This document shows, one piece after another, positions 51,611-63,181 of a stretch of 64,000 nucleotides of DNA; the first letter of the stretch is position 1; the number at the start of each line of letters is the position of its first letter. The notes under the pieces are model-generated. The model saw only the letters and a program-made list of their open reading frames with translations. It was not told the DNA's origin and did no database searches. The position numbers were made by a program, and so were the translations under genes. The DNA comes from an uncultured Verrucomicrobiae bacterium (GTDB lineage: Bacteria; Verrucomicrobiota; Verrucomicrobiia; Chthoniobacterales; UBA10450): contig CAWIBO010000005.1 in NCBI GenBank assembly GCA_963834385.1, positions 128,001-192,000 on the forward strand. Reading direction: 5' to 3'.

Positions 51611-52177
51611 GTGGAAGTGATTTGTTTTAAGGAATGGTCGATGGTTTGCGCCGCGCTGGGCGAGGGGGCGCAGTCGGTTCTTTTGCGGAAGGGCGGGATC
51701 GCGGAGGGACGGGCCGGCTTCGCTTTCCGGCATGAGTCGTTCTTTCTTTTTCCGACGGAGTTCCATGAGCAACGCGAAAAGTTGCGGCAGGCGCCGAGGC
51801 ATGTTCCGGAGGAAATCCCCGGGCAGGTGACTTTGCGCCAGTTTGCGCGGGTTCTCGCGACGGAAACGGTCACTTCACTCGCGGTCGCCGAAGCGCTCGC
51901 ACCGCTGCATATCCTGCGCCCGGAAGTGGTGCGTGAACGTTTCGCCTACGGCGAGGCGGCCGGGTTGCAGGTGGCGTTTGTCCGGATTTATCGGGTGGAG
52001 CCGGCCTGGAGTTTCCCGGAAGAGAAACGTTTCGGCGGGTGCCGTTCCTGGATCGAGCTGCACGACGAACCCCCGGCGCACAGCCTTGTGCCGGTGCTCG
52101 ATGATGAGGAGAACGCGCGGCGCCTGGCGTTGTTCAGGCGCCTGATCGCGCCCCCGGCAGAAACCGCCGCCGGTTAA
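51611..52177 (+). CDS. DUF1802 family protein
   Basis: FKEWSMVCAALGEGAQSVLLRKGGI.E, FFLFPT..H, GGCRSWI. Confidence 0.88.
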   Translation: MEVICFKEWSMVCAALGEGAQSVLLRKGGIAEGRAGFAFRHESFFLFPTEFHEQREKLRQAPRHVPEEIPGQVTLRQFARVLATETVTSLAVAEALAPLHILRPEVVRERFAYGEAAGLQVAFVRIYRVEPAWSFPEEKRFGGCRSWIELHDEPPAHSLVPVLDDEENARRLALFRRLIAPPAETAAG

Positions 52178-54054
52178 CCGAGCGCTTCCTCGAGCTCCGG
52201 CTCGTCGATTTCCTCGCCGTCGTGCCGGTTAAACTGGAGATCATAGAGCCGGCGATAGTAGCCCGACTGGTCAATGAGCTCCTGGTGCGTGCCCATTTCC
52301 TTGATCCGGCCGTGGTCCATGACCACGATCTGGTCGGCGGAAAGAATGGTGGAAAGGCGGTGCGCAATGGCGATGACGGTGCGCCCGGCGGCGAGACGCT
52401 GGAGGGCGAGCTGAATCTGTTTCTCCGATTCCGAGTCGAGCGCCGAGGTCGCTTCGTCGAGCAGAAGAATGGGGGCATCTTTCAGGAGCGCCCGGGCAAT
52501 GGCGAGGCGCTGCTGCTGTCCGCCGGAGAGGAGCGAGCCTTTGTCGCCCACCATGGTCTCGTAACCGTGCGGCTGGGCCATGATGAAATCGTGGGCGTAG
52601 GCGGTGCGGGCGGCGGCCTCGACCTCCTCTTTCGTCGCATCCAGCCGGCCAAACTGGATATTGGCGAAGATGGTGTCGTGGAAAAGGAAGGTTTCCTGGG
52701 TGACGAGGCCAATCTGCTCGCGGAGCGATTTTTGCGTGACGCTCCGGAGATCGCGCCCGTCGATCCGGATGGCGCCGGTGGCGGGATCGTAAAAGCGCAG
52801 GATGAGCGAGAGCATGGTCGATTTCCCGGCCCCGCTGGCGCCGACGAGGGCATAGGTCTTACCGGGCGCGACCTCGAAGGTGACGTCACTGAGTGCGTCG
52901 GTGTTCGTCCCGTCGTAGCGGAAGGTGACGTGGTCGAACTGGATGCGCCCCTGCGGGCGGGGCAGGGCAACGGCGTCCGGGGCGTCGGCCACGCTCGGTT
53001 TGCTGTCGAGGATCCGGAAAAATTCCGTGGTGGAGGCGACGGAACGCTGCATGACGATGTGCATGCGGCTGATCGTCTTGATCGGCTCGTAAAGCATGAA
53101 GATGCCGAGGTTAAGCGCGATGAAGCGGGCGGCGCTGAGGTTGGCGAAATAGACGTAGACCAGGGCGAGCCCGACCCCGATGGCGGCGATGGTCTCGACC
53201 ATGGGGCCGACAGCTTCCATGGCGCGGATCATGCGCATGGCGTTGCGGAACTGGAGCCGGTTGGTATGCCGGAAGGACTGGTCCTGGTGTTCCTCGCGCG
53301 CGAACGATTTGACCACGCGAATGCCGGAAAACGTTTCCTGCATCATGGCGACCATCTGGCCGACCTCGAGCTGTTCCTCGTGCACGGCGCGCCGGGCCCG
53401 GTTGCCGAAATACCGGATCGGGATGAGGCAGGTCGGGAAAAGGATGAGCGTGACGATGGTGAACCGCCAGTCGAGGATGACGAGAACGCTGATGCCGGCG
53501 AGAAGCGCGATCGGCTGCTTGAAAATATCGCTGCTCACGGTGGTCAGGGCGGCCTGCATGCCACGGGTGTCGTGGGTGATGCGCGACATGAGGAACCCGG
53601 CGCGGGCGCGGTTAAAGAAATCCATCGACTGGGTCACGATGCGGGTGAAAAGAGCGCCGCGGATATCGCTCATCACCTTGTTGCTGACCCAGTTCATATA
53701 ATAGGCGTTGAGATAGGAGCAGAGGCTGCGCGCGGCCATGACCGCGGGAATGGCGAGGCAGAAAACGAAGATGGCGTTGATCTTCGGGCCGCCATCGAGC
53801 GCGCCCGGTGTTTTCATGAGCTGCTGCACGCCCGGGGCAGCGCCTTGGAAAACGAAGTTCATCACGTACATGCTGACGAGCGGGAGCAGGGAATTGACGA
53901 TGCCAAAAGCGGCGCCGAAACCGATGCCGGTGAGGAAGCGCCATTTGTAGGGCCGGACGTAGGAATAGAGCCGGCGATAGGGAGCCCAGGCGACTCGAAG
54001 CGTCTCCATGAAGCCAAGAGTCGGCCGCTGCTGCTTGCGCTTCTGCTTGTTCAT
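52174..54054 (-). CDS. msbA: ABC exporter, lipid A flippase MsbA-like
   Basis: TM domain plus GASGAGKST, LSGGQQQRLAIARA, LLLDEATSALD. Co-located with LPS glycosyltransferases. Confidence 0.85.
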   Translation of the reverse strand: MNKQKRKQQRPTLGFMETLRVAWAPYRRLYSYVRPYKWRFLTGIGFGAAFGIVNSLLPLVSMYVMNFVFQGAAPGVQQLMKTPGALDGGPKINAIFVFCLAIPAVMAARSLCSYLNAYYMNWVSNKVMSDIRGALFTRIVTQSMDFFNRARAGFLMSRITHDTRGMQAALTTVSSDIFKQPIALLAGISVLVILDWRFTIVTLILFPTCLIPIRYFGNRARRAVHEEQLEVGQMVAMMQETFSGIRVVKSFAREEHQDQSFRHTNRLQFRNAMRMIRAMEAVGPMVETIAAIGVGLALVYVYFANLSAARFIALNLGIFMLYEPIKTISRMHIVMQRSVASTTEFFRILDSKPSVADAPDAVALPRPQGRIQFDHVTFRYDGTNTDALSDVTFEVAPGKTYALVGASGAGKSTMLSLILRFYDPATGAIRIDGRDLRSVTQKSLREQIGLVTQETFLFHDTIFANIQFGRLDATKEEVEAAARTAYAHDFIMAQPHGYETMVGDKGSLLSGGQQQRLAIARALLKDAPILLLDEATSALDSESEKQIQLALQRLAAGRTVIAIAHRLSTILSADQIVVMDHGRIKEMGTHQELIDQSGYYRRLYDLQFNRHDGEEIDEPELEEALG

Positions 54055-55067
54055 GAGCCGGTTGCCGCCGGGTCCGACAGCAGCGTCTCCATAGCATCGA
54101 TCACACTCTGCGTCGAGATGAGGTTCATCGGCGCGCCGGGCTGATCCGGTTCAAATTGACGCAGGGGCTGGTCGTGACCGGCGCGCAGAATCACCGCCTC
54201 GACGTGGCGGGGGCGCCAGTGGAAAGGGTTGGTCGGGCCATACAGCGCCACCTGGCGGGTGCCGACGGCATCTGCAAGATGGGTGGTGGCGGAATCAACC
54301 CCGACGAGGAGGCGGGCGCGGCGGATCACTTCGGCGAGCCCGGGCAGGTCGAGCCGGCCGGAAAGATCGGAAACGACGTCGCCGGCGAGCGCCTTGATCT
54401 GCCGGAGATGTTCCTGTTCCAAGCGGTCGCTTCCGCCGGTGAGCAGACAGGCCGCGCCCGCGCGGGCGGCCTGTTGGATCACCTCGGCCCAGCGCTCGGG
54501 CACCCAGTATTTCTCCGCGCGCGCGGAGCCGGGATGGAACACGACATAGGGACGCGCGATCCCGGCCGAGGCGAGAATGGAATCCGTCTGCGCTCGCACG
54601 CCCTCCGGCAGATGAAGCTGCGGGCGGGAGGAGCCGGGCGCGATCCCGAGCGGGTCGAGGAAGGATTGGTAAAAGTCGGCGGTATGAAACTCGCGCACAC
54701 TGGAGGGGATGAGATCGGTGTAAATGAGGGGCCGCCAACGCGACTTCTGCAGGGTTCGCTCATAAGTCAGGCGGCGGCGCGCGCCGGAAAGCGCGGTCAG
54801 AAAACCGGAACGATCGGTGCGGGTGAAATCGAGGCAGTACTCGTAGCGACGAAACCCGAGGCGCAGCCAGTTCGCGCTGTCGGCCGGTCCGCTCCCGGCG
54901 ACGAGAGCACGGTCGAGGCCGGCAATGGCGGGGAGCAAGGGGGCGCAGCCGCGCGCCACGACAAGATCAAGCCGGGCGGAAGGAAGCGCTTCCCGCAACG
55001 CGGCGATGGTGGGCGTGGTCAGGACCAGATCGCCAATGCGCTTGAGCTGGAGAAGCAGGATGTTCAT
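54051..55067 (-). CDS. GT9 LPS heptosyltransferase family
   Basis: KRIGDLVLTTP, FHPGS...KYW, GVDSATTHLA.AVG..QVALYGPT. Confidence 0.9.
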   Translation of the reverse strand: MNILLLQLKRIGDLVLTTPTIAALREALPSARLDLVVARGCAPLLPAIAGLDRALVAGSGPADSANWLRLGFRRYEYCLDFTRTDRSGFLTALSGARRRLTYERTLQKSRWRPLIYTDLIPSSVREFHTADFYQSFLDPLGIAPGSSRPQLHLPEGVRAQTDSILASAGIARPYVVFHPGSARAEKYWVPERWAEVIQQAARAGAACLLTGGSDRLEQEHLRQIKALAGDVVSDLSGRLDLPGLAEVIRRARLLVGVDSATTHLADAVGTRQVALYGPTNPFHWRPRHVEAVILRAGHDQPLRQFEPDQPGAPMNLISTQSVIDAMETLLSDPAATGS

Positions 55068-55138
55068 GTCGCGCCGGGCATCATCCTAGGCGGGACCGCG
55101 TTTTCAGGAAGCCCGGAGTCAGGCGTCGTCCCGCCTCG

Positions 55139-56320
55139 CTACGGTTTGGTGCGCAGGGCGCGGTCGTAGGCGACGAGGAGGCGGCTGCGGAAATGGTCCC
55201 AGGTGAAATTTTCCACCACGCGTCGCCGGGCCGCCTCGCTCATCTGGTCCACCAAGGCCGGATTATCGTAAAGATGGCGGATGGCCTCGGCCAGACGATC
55301 CACGTTGGCCGGGGGAATGACCAGGCCTTCCACGCCGTCGCGGACGACGTCGCCCGACTCGCGGGTGATGACCTGGGGAAGACCGCAGGCCGCCGCCTCG
55401 TAGGTGGTCTTGGCGCTTCCCTCCCATTGCGAGGGAAAAATGTGGATCGTGCCCTGCTTGAGATATTCCTCGGGGTTCCGCGCAAAACCGACCACGCGCA
55501 CGTTCTCGCGGTGGTACTTTTCGAGATGCGGTTTTGCCTCGGGGTGCACGGCGCCGACCAGCCAGAGCTCCGCCTCTTTCAAGTCGAGCCGGTGCCAGGC
55601 TTCCAGGAGATGATGAATGCCTTTGCGCTCAATGAGCGCCCCGGAAAAAACGGCGCGAAATAGCGGCGGTTTTTTGCCGGGGCGAAACCGCTCCACGTCC
55701 ACTCCGCGGGGGAGGTAAAAGAGTTTTTCCTCGGGAAAACCGCGCTCGCGGAATGTTTCCGTGGCCGCCTCGGAGAGGACCAGGATCAGGCTGGCAAGAT
55801 CGTATTCCTCGCGGAACCGCTCGAGGCCGAGAAGAAAGCGGTCTTTCCACGAACCGGTCCGGGCCGGTTCGCGTTGCTGCGGGACGGCGTCGCGATGCCA
55901 GGTGGGGATCTCGAGAACCGAAGGAACGCCGCGGTCACGGGCCGCGCGCAGAGTGCGCAAACAATCGCCCGACCAGCTATGAAAAAGATCGTAGTCGCCG
56001 GCGGCCAGCTCGCGCGCGGCCACCCAGTCGAGGTAATGCTTCTTGGCACCATAATAATAGGGCCGGTCGAGAAAGGAGAGGAGGCGGACCGGATGCCAGC
56101 GGAGTGACTTGATCAGGTGGGCCGGAATTTCCTCCTGGCGATTGTCGTAGGCGACGGCCTTTCCGAGAAAGCCGCCCCGGGCGGAGGCGCGCAACGACTC
56201 GAAGGCGTCGGTATCGAGACCGCTGCCGCCGATGCGGGCAAAGATGGAATAAAGCAGGCGGCGCGGCGCCCGGAGCGGAACGCCGGCGGCGACGGGAGGA
56301 GAAATAGGTTCGCCCGCCAT
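55139..56320 (-). CDS. GT4 glycosyltransferase
   Basis: RKGIHHLLEAW, FPSQWEG...YEAAACGLP, ENFTW. Confidence 0.9.
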   Translation of the reverse strand: MAGEPISPPVAAGVPLRAPRRLLYSIFARIGGSGLDTDAFESLRASARGGFLGKAVAYDNRQEEIPAHLIKSLRWHPVRLLSFLDRPYYYGAKKHYLDWVAARELAAGDYDLFHSWSGDCLRTLRAARDRGVPSVLEIPTWHRDAVPQQREPARTGSWKDRFLLGLERFREEYDLASLILVLSEAATETFRERGFPEEKLFYLPRGVDVERFRPGKKPPLFRAVFSGALIERKGIHHLLEAWHRLDLKEAELWLVGAVHPEAKPHLEKYHRENVRVVGFARNPEEYLKQGTIHIFPSQWEGSAKTTYEAAACGLPQVITRESGDVVRDGVEGLVIPPANVDRLAEAIRHLYDNPALVDQMSEAARRRVVENFTWDHFRSRLLVAYDRALRTKP

Positions 56321-56417
56321 GAGAGGTCACTATTCTGGTGTGCGCTGGCCAAGTAAAGCGGAAGCGAAAGTCGTAAGACGGTTGGCCGCGAGGGCGGGTC
56401 GCGGCTAGGGTGGCTGG

Positions 56418-57524
56418 GTGGGAGAAAGTCTGACCATCGGGGTGGTGCGCCGCGGCTATTCGGCAAGCGGCGGGGCGGAGGCCTATCTGCAGCGCTTTGC
56501 CGAGGGGGCGCGGGCGGAGGGGCATGTGGTTCCGCTTTATACCACGCGCGAATGGCCGGCCGGGGCCTGGTCGGCCGGACCGATCACCTATCTCGAGGGG
56601 AGTTCGCCGGTGGCGTTTGCCGATGCATTGAAAGAGCAGCCGACAGGCGAAGCCTGCGATGTTTTGTTCAGCCTGGAGCGGGTCTGGCGCTGCGATGTCT
56701 ACCGCGCAGGCGACGGGGTGCATCTGGCCTGGTTGAAGCGGCGGGCGCAGGGCTCGGTGTTTCGCCGGCTGAAAGCGCTGGCCACGCCGAAGCACCGGCA
56801 GATCCTGCGGCTGGAGGATGCGCTCCTGCGCCGCGGCCAGGCAGGCCGGGTCATCGTCAATTCGACCATGGTCCGCGACGAGATCGCCCGGTTTTACGGA
56901 TATCCGGCCCGCCAGATGCACGTGATCCACAATGGGGTCCCGCTGGCGGCCTTCTCCGCGCCCGAGAACAGGCGCGAGCCGATGCGCCGCGAACTGGGGC
57001 TTTCACCCGAAACCATCGCGGTTGTTTTTGCCGGAACCGGCGCCCGGCGCAAAGGCCTGGCCTGCGCCATCGAAGCCGTGGAGAAAAGCTCGAACGACCG
57101 GTTCCGGCTGCTGGTGGCCGGGCGGAACAGCGTGAAAAGCGAGGGCCGGGTGCTCAATCTTGGTCCGCGAGGGGATTTGCCGGATCTCCTCTCCGCGGCC
57201 GACATTTTTCTTTTGCCGACGCTTTATGATCCCTTTTCCAACGCCTGCCTGGAGGCGCTCGCCGCCGGGCTGCCGGTGATCACCACGCGGGCGAACGGCT
57301 TCAGCGAAATCATCCGGGAAGGCGTGCACGGCACGATCATCCCGGATGCGCGCGACTGCGGCGCGATCCAGAGCGCGCTGACTTACTGGTCAAACACGGG
57401 CCGGCGGGAGCAGGCGCGCCCCGTTATCAGGGCGCTGGCCGCCGAGCATGACGTCAGCCGCAACGTGACGGAGACTCTCGCGGTGCTGACTCAGGCCTTG
57501 AGGGCCTCGTCCACCGTCGGATAA
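56418..57524 (+). CDS. GT4 glycosyltransferase (WaaG/WabG-like)
   Basis: GGAEAY, DVYRAGDGVH, RKGL, LPTLYDPFSNACLEALAAGLPVITT. Confidence 0.9.
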   Translation: MGESLTIGVVRRGYSASGGAEAYLQRFAEGARAEGHVVPLYTTREWPAGAWSAGPITYLEGSSPVAFADALKEQPTGEACDVLFSLERVWRCDVYRAGDGVHLAWLKRRAQGSVFRRLKALATPKHRQILRLEDALLRRGQAGRVIVNSTMVRDEIARFYGYPARQMHVIHNGVPLAAFSAPENRREPMRRELGLSPETIAVVFAGTGARRKGLACAIEAVEKSSNDRFRLLVAGRNSVKSEGRVLNLGPRGDLPDLLSAADIFLLPTLYDPFSNACLEALAAGLPVITTRANGFSEIIREGVHGTIIPDARDCGAIQSALTYWSNTGRREQARPVIRALAAEHDVSRNVTETLAVLTQALRASSTVG

Positions 57525-57808
57525 ATGCGGAAGACCTGGTCGAGCCGCGCGATCTCGAAGATTGGCCGGACGCCATCCTGCAGACCCGCGAGGGCAAATT
57601 TGCCGCCATTGCGCTGCACCGTTTGCATTCCCTCGATCAGGACGGCCAGACCCGAGCTGTCGATGTAGCTGACCTTTGAAAGATCGACTACGACGTGGTC
57701 CGGCTTCCGGGCAATGATCTCGGCCAGCGAGGCCGCGATGCGGGGCGAAATGTGGAGATCGATCTCGCCCTCGAGTGGCAGAACATTTTTGGCGGCTTCG
57801 TCGGTCAT
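57491..57808 (-). CDS. STAS-domain anti-sigma factor antagonist
   Basis: LEGEIDL, VDLSKVSYIDSSGL, IFEIARLDQVF. Confidence 0.92.
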   Translation of the reverse strand: MTDEAAKNVLPLEGEIDLHISPRIAASLAEIIARKPDHVVVDLSKVSYIDSSGLAVLIEGMQTVQRNGGKFALAGLQDGVRPIFEIARLDQVFRIYPTVDEALKA

Positions 57809-57854
57809 GGCAGGAGCTTGAGGCCAACATTCCACCGAACCGGCCTCCGTCAAT

Positions 57855-58538
57855 TCACCATCCAAGAGTCTTCATCACCGTCTCCACCTGCGAGAGATCA
57901 TCGAAAAGGAAATCGGGTTCCCAGCGGGCCAGTTGTTCACGGGTCCAGCTCCCGGTGGCCACCGCGACCGTGCGCGCCCCGAACGCCTTGCCGCAGGCGA
58001 TATCGTGCCCGGTGTCGCCGATCACGTCGATGAACGCCCCCTCGAACTCGTGGCCATGTTTCTCCAGGGCCCGTCTCCGCGCGAACTCGCCGAGCCGGTT
58101 CCGGTCCATGTCATCATCGGCAAAGGCGCCGAAGTCGAAATAATGCCAGAGGCCATAACGTTCCAGTTTCAGCCTGGCCCCGCGTTGCAGGTTGCCGGTG
58201 AGCAGCCCGAGCACCCGGTCGTCACGTCCATGGGTGAGCCGGAGAAGCTCGGCCACGCCGGGAAGAACGCGCCCCTGCAGTTGCGGCAAAAAATCGCCGA
58301 GATGCGCGAGGTAACGCTCAAGGAAGGAGGCAAGTTCGGACGGCGTCGGTTCCACCCCGTATTTGCGGAGGACGCTGGCGGCTATGTGCGCGTCGGTCCG
58401 CCCCGCGATCTCGATGTCATGCAGGTCGTCCTCCACCCGCCAGCGTTCCGTGATGGCGCGTTTCAGCGCCCGGTCGCCCGCGCCGGCGGTGGTCACGAGG
58501 GTGGCGTCGATATCCCAAAGAAGAAGGCGTTTTGACAT
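57855..58538 (-). CDS. HAD-superfamily hydrolase
   Basis: LLWDIDATL, GRTD, LLTGN, VIGDT..DI.CG, VATG. Confidence 0.9.
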   Translation of the reverse strand: MSKRLLLWDIDATLVTTAGAGDRALKRAITERWRVEDDLHDIEIAGRTDAHIAASVLRKYGVEPTPSELASFLERYLAHLGDFLPQLQGRVLPGVAELLRLTHGRDDRVLGLLTGNLQRGARLKLERYGLWHYFDFGAFADDDMDRNRLGEFARRRALEKHGHEFEGAFIDVIGDTGHDIACGKAFGARTVAVATGSWTREQLARWEPDFLFDDLSQVETVMKTLGW

Positions 58539-58595
58539 TTCGTGGCGAAGAATCTCGAATGCGAAGGAAAGGGCGACGCTAAACTGAAACGGGAA

Positions 58596-59454
58596 ATGGA
58601 AAATCGAGAATTCGGCAACGCCCTACCGGGGCCGGCTGGCGCCGTCCCCCACCGGTTATCTGCATCTCGGGCATGCCCTGACCTTTTGGCAGGCGCAGAA
58701 ACGGGCGCGAGCGGCGGCGGGGACGCTGGTGCTGCGGGTGGAGGATCTCGATCCGGCGCGTTGCCGCCCGGAGTTCAGCGTCGCCATCATGGAAGATCTG
58801 GCCTGGTTCGGCCTGCGTTGGGACGAGGGCCCGGAGAAAGGGGGACCGCATCCGCCCTACCGTCAAAGCGAACGGACCGACCTCTATCGGGCGGCGCTGG
58901 CGAAGTTGCGTGAGGGCAATTTCGTTTATCCCTGCGTTTGTTCACGCCGCGATGTGCTCTCGGCCGCGGGGGCGCCGCACGCGGAGGACGAAGAGCCGCT
59001 TTATCCCGGGACCTGTCGCGACCGGCCGATGGGCCCGGCGGAAAACGCGCAGGGCGTGCATTGGCGTTTTCGCGTGCCCGACCAGGAGCGGCTGGTCTTC
59101 GAGGATGGACACCTTGGCCGGCAGGAAGCGGTCGCCGGGCGCGATTTCGGCGACTTCGTGGTCTGGCGGAAGGACGACGTGCCCGCTTACCAGCTCGCGG
59201 TGGCGGTGGACGATGCCGCGATGGAAATCAGCGAGGTGGTGCGGGGCGCCGATCTTCTGACCTCAACCTTCCGGCAACTGCTGGTTTACCGCGCGCTCGG
59301 CCTGACGCCGCCGCGGTTTTTTCATGCCGACCTGGTCACCGACGCGCAGGGGAAACGGCTGGCCAAGCGTCATGAAGCGCTGAGCCTGCGCGCCTTGCGG
59401 GCAAGTGGAGCGGACCCGGCGATCCTGCGGGCGGAAAATGCGCGGGGCGCCTAG
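58596..59454 (+). CDS. gluQ: Glutamyl-Q tRNA(Asp) synthetase (indel just after the start)
   Basis: YRGRLAPSPTGYLHLGH, LRVEDLD, YPCVCSR, YPGTCR, AYQLAVAVDD, RGADLL, RLAKR. No anticodon-binding domain. Confidence 0.9.
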
Positions 59455-59966
59455 GGGGTCGGGGGCGCGCTGATCTGGAAGACCGCGATCATGCTGGCAA
59501 GGAAAGCGAGGAGGGCGATCGCGGCCGCGGCCAGCAAAGCCGGGCGCAGCGGATCCTTGTTCTTGCTCCGGGGCGGAAACGGGGAGGCGTTCACAAAATC
59601 GTCCGGGCGCGCGCTCGTCTCGGCCGGGCGAATGGCGATTTCCTCCGCCTCCGGGAGCGGCTGGGCGCCCTCGGCCGGGTCGGCTTCATAGCGCGCCTCC
59701 ACTTTGCCGAAGCGGATGCGGTCGCCGGCGCGGAGGGCGACGTCGGTGATTGTCTCGTCGTTCAAGCGGGTGCCGTTGGTCGAGCCGAGGTCGCGCAAAT
59801 GGTAGCCGTTCCCAACCCGGCGCAGCTCGGCATGACGTCCCGAGACGGAGGGGTCGTCGAGCACGATCTGGTTGTCCGGGCCGCGGCCGATGGTGACGGT
59901 TTCGTCGGCCACCTCGTGGGAGGCGGGATGGTCACCGCTGCGAAAGCTCAAGCGAGGCATCCCCAT
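59451..59966 (-). CDS. FHA-domain membrane protein
   Basis: TIGRGPDN, SVSGRHA, DLGSTNGT, and a C-terminal TM helix. Confidence 0.9.
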   Translation of the reverse strand: MGMPRLSFRSGDHPASHEVADETVTIGRGPDNQIVLDDPSVSGRHAELRRVGNGYHLRDLGSTNGTRLNDETITDVALRAGDRIRFGKVEARYEADPAEGAQPLPEAEEIAIRPAETSARPDDFVNASPFPPRSKNKDPLRPALLAAAAIALLAFLASMIAVFQISAPPTP

Positions 59967-60052
59967 CGCATAACAGGAGATGCGCTCGAGTTCAACGCGA
60001 TATGCGGGGGCTCATTGACCGGGCTCTGGCGCGCCCGCATAGTGCCGCTTCC

Positions 60053-61849
<1,797 letters not shown>

Positions 61850-61891
61850 AGAACTCGCCGTCCCCGGGGCAGGGTGGTAGGCTTTGCCGTC

Positions 61892-63181
61892 ATGCAATGG
61901 CCCCGGTGGTTCATCGCAGTCTGTCTCGCCCTCGCTGGCGCATTTTTCTGGCTGGGGCGCTGGGCTGCCTCCACCGCTGAAAAGTCCGGGACTGAAGAAC
62001 GACCGACCGTTTCCGCAGAGTCCCCGGTGGGCAATCGGTCGATCGGCGCGTCGGCGAAAGACGATTTCGCGCGTGTCCGGATCGAGAACCTTGGCCAGGT
62101 CGGGTTCGATCACGCCTACGAATTGATTCAGTCGGCTTCCGAGGAAGCGCTCGCCGGATGGACCCGGCGCCTGGAGGCTTTGCCCGCAGGCCCGCAGCGC
62201 ACGGCCGGCCTCACCGCCTTTTTCAGAACGCTGGCTCAGATCGATTCGAGGAAGGCTGTGGACCTGGCTCTCGGGATGGAGCGGACCAGTGCGCGGTGGA
62301 ATGCCGTCGACGCAATCACCGTTGCCACCTCCGCGTCGGATCTGGGCGAAGTGGCGCGACTGTATTCTGCCCTCAATGAAAAGGGGCCGGATGGCGCTGA
62401 TTTAGTTGCCACCTGGAGCCGGACCGATCCGGTTCGCGCCGCCGCGTGGGCGGCCGGTTATCCCGGCGGGGTTCAGGATTACGGACTGGCCGCACTGATG
62501 GCCAACTGGGGGGCCCTGGATCCCGTGGGAGCCGGTCGGTGGTTGGCGGAGGCCGGCCCGAAGTTCCAGGACCCGAGGGTCCTGGCAGGTTTTTACAGCG
62601 GCTGGGTCGAAGCGGACTTCGCCGCCGCGGTGTCAGACCTCCGTGAACGCGGAACGGATGAACGGTTTGCGCCGGCGATTCAGAGAGTGGCCACGGAGCT
62701 ATTCAAGGAGTCGCCTCAGTCCACTCGGGCCTACGTTCTCGCGCTGCCGCCCGGCCCGCGGGAGGCTGCGATCGATGCGGTGGTCGGCGATGTCACTGCG
62801 ATCTACCTGGGGGGCGGGCCGGAGCTCGAAATTGAGGAAGTGGCGGAATGGCTTGTGACATTGCCGGATGAGCTTTGGCGCGGGCATATTGGCGCGATCA
62901 TGAGCCAATGGCATGACGAGACGGCAACGGAGGCATGGCTGGGCCGGCTGCCTCTCCAAACCCGCGATGTGGTGCTCTCGCGTGTTTGCGCGGAATACCG
63001 CACAGACATGCCGACAGAGTCTTTTCGGGCTGGCCTGCGCATCAGTGACCCGCAGCTCCGTGAACGCACCTTCCGCGAAATCTTTCAGAAACTTGAGGAA
63101 GAAGAGCGTCAAAAATTGTTTGGCGCTCTCGAGCTATCCCCCGGGGAAACGCGGGAGTTGGAGTCATTATTGCGGCCATGA
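61892..63181 (+). CDS. Hypothetical membrane-anchored helical-repeat protein
   Basis: N-terminal hydrophobic anchor, and repeated W-x3-D(P)-x2-A-x2-W units (WSRTDPVRAAAW, WGALDPVGAGRW). Confidence 0.8.
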   Translation: MQWPRWFIAVCLALAGAFFWLGRWAASTAEKSGTEERPTVSAESPVGNRSIGASAKDDFARVRIENLGQVGFDHAYELIQSASEEALAGWTRRLEALPAGPQRTAGLTAFFRTLAQIDSRKAVDLALGMERTSARWNAVDAITVATSASDLGEVARLYSALNEKGPDGADLVATWSRTDPVRAAAWAAGYPGGVQDYGLAALMANWGALDPVGAGRWLAEAGPKFQDPRVLAGFYSGWVEADFAAAVSDLRERGTDERFAPAIQRVATELFKESPQSTRAYVLALPPGPREAAIDAVVGDVTAIYLGGGPELEIEEVAEWLVTLPDELWRGHIGAIMSQWHDETATEAWLGRLPLQTRDVVLSRVCAEYRTDMPTESFRAGLRISDPQLRERTFREIFQKLEEEERQKLFGALELSPGETRELESLLRP

